Of a stretch of DNA of 64,000 bases, positions 62,886-64,000 are shown in pieces. Source of the DNA: Desulfobacteraceae bacterium. GTDB lineage: Bacteria; Desulfobacterota; Desulfobacteria; Desulfobacterales; SKZT01. Location of the stretch: NCBI GenBank assembly GCA_011389745.1, contig JAABTQ010000006.1, forward strand, positions 45,475-109,474, read 5' to 3'. The position numbers and the translations under genes were made by a program. The notes under the pieces are model-generated. The model did not search any database. It worked only from the letters and a program-made list of their open reading frames with translations, and was not told where the DNA came from. Each line of letters begins with the position of its first letter. Position 1 is the stretch's first letter.

Positions 62886-64000
62886 TTAAAAGAAAATCAA
62901 ATGCACAAGGATAAAAGTCGGAAGTAGAAAAATAAGGCTGAATTTTATAATATACCCGAAAAAGCTCGGCATCGGGGTTCCGGCTTCCTCTGCAATGGAG
63001 CGTACCATAAAGTTGGGAGCATTTCCAATGTAGCTGAAAGCGCCAAAAAATACCGCACCCGTTGAAATAGCCTTGAGATAAATTGCATTTTCAGTCATCA
63101 ACAAATCCACAGCCGGCTTTTCAGCCATTCCAGGATAAAAACTTCCCAGAGCTGTATTAAAAAAAGTCAAATATGTCGGTGCATTATCCAGAAAAGCACT
63201 GAGAAATCCGGTCACCCAAAAATAATGAGCAGGCTGCTGGACGGAATTGATTAAAAAGGCCAGTTCCCCTTTAGGTCCTGCTTTCAAAATGAGAAGGCAG
63301 GGTACCATGGTAATAAAAATCCCGATAAACAGATAGGCCACCTCAATAATGGGAAACCATGTGAAATCATTGTCTTCACGGATTTTAAACGATGTGGTCA
63401 TCAGCGACGCAACTCCCATCAATATCAGAAAACCATCGCGTCCCCAATCCTGTACCGCACGGTGAATACCAAGTGTGCTGACTTCGCCCCAATCAACAAT
63501 ACCACTTGTGAGAACTGCAGCCACAATGCCTCCCAGGAACAGGAAGTTATGAATTCCTTCCAGCTTTAACGGCTGTTTGACACCATCATCAGGGGGAACA
63601 TCAGTGACCTCTTTTCGATAAACCATGGTGTCGATAATAAAATAGATCGTCAACAAAATGGCCACCACGAGAAGCATGTGGGGAAGAAGATTAAACGTCC
63701 AGAAAAAGGATACTCCGTGCAAAAAACCCAGAAACAGCGGTGGATCACCAAGAGGGGTGAGCGAACCGCCAACATTGGCCACCAGAAATATGAAAAAAAC
63801 CACCATGAACGTTCTGCTTTTACGGTAGCTGTTGGCCCTTAAAAACGGACGGATCATCAGCATGGCGGCTCCAGTGGTTCCCATCCACGAAGCCAGTATG
63901 GTACCGATTAAAAGCATGGTCGTATTAACAAAGGGGGTGCCCCGCAGTGTTCCGCGAAGCAGAATCCCACCCGATACCGTGTATAGTGCCCAAAGAAGAA
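62886..64000 (-). CDS. Putative Na+/H+ antiporter or ion-transporter-superfamily permease (5' end outside the window)
   Basis: Multi-TM; ANVGGSLTPLGDPPLFLGF, LDNAPTY, YIGNAPNFMV; frame stays open to the window edge. Confidence 0.82.
   Translation of the reverse strand, partial: LLWALYTVSGGILLRGTLRGTPFVNTTMLLIGTILASWMGTTGAAMLMIRPFLRANSYRKSRTFMVVFFIFLVANVGGSLTPLGDPPLFLGFLHGVSFFWTFNLLPHMLLVVAILLTIYFIIDTMVYRKEVTDVPPDDGVKQPLKLEGIHNFLFLGGIVAAVLTSGIVDWGEVSTLGIHRAVQDWGRDGFLILMGVASLMTTSFKIREDNDFTWFPIIEVAYLFIGIFITMVPCLLILKAGPKGELAFLINSVQQPAHYFWVTGFLSAFLDNAPTYLTFFNTALGSFYPGMAEKPAVDLLMTENAIYLKAISTGAVFFGAFSYIGNAPNFMVRSIAEEAGTPMPSFFGYIIKFSLIFLLPTFILVHLIFF

Overview
Gene-dense chromosomal window, probably from an anaerobic Desulfobacterota (Desulfobacterales-like) bacterium, inferred from gene content. 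Housekeeping genes (Xaa-Pro peptidase, xerD, hemL, sirtuin, tatA, tatD, trpBA, tkt, pyrG, eno, a GT9 heptosyltransferase, a U32 protein, several two-component systems) flank one ~18.7 kb accessory island (6890-25583). The island is a type II PKS/FAS-like lipid cluster related to the ladderane-candidate and aryl-polyene islands. It carries three ketosynthases (one fused to a chain-length-factor-like domain), two ACPs, three dehydratase-type proteins, a thioesterase, FabG, an acyl-adenylating ligase, LolA, lipoproteins and five radical SAM enzymes. Three of these are B12-binding; the other two are a tandem paralogous pair coupled to an ACP. Other observations: a possible UGA-readthrough (selenocysteine) FmdB gene with a SECIS-like hairpin; a KptA/Tpt1 homologue with an eroded active site; a hicB-hicA pair behind an attC-like site (hicA is missing from the ORF track); a MesB-like core methionine synthase; a GntR-led trpBA operon; a GalT-like orphan; a decayed defence locus (MNT, internally deleted HEPN, restriction-helicase stub); and a dispersed MITE/REP-like repeat with four copies. 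I saw no rRNA, tRNA or CRISPR array. All calls come from reading motifs by eye; no database searches were run.
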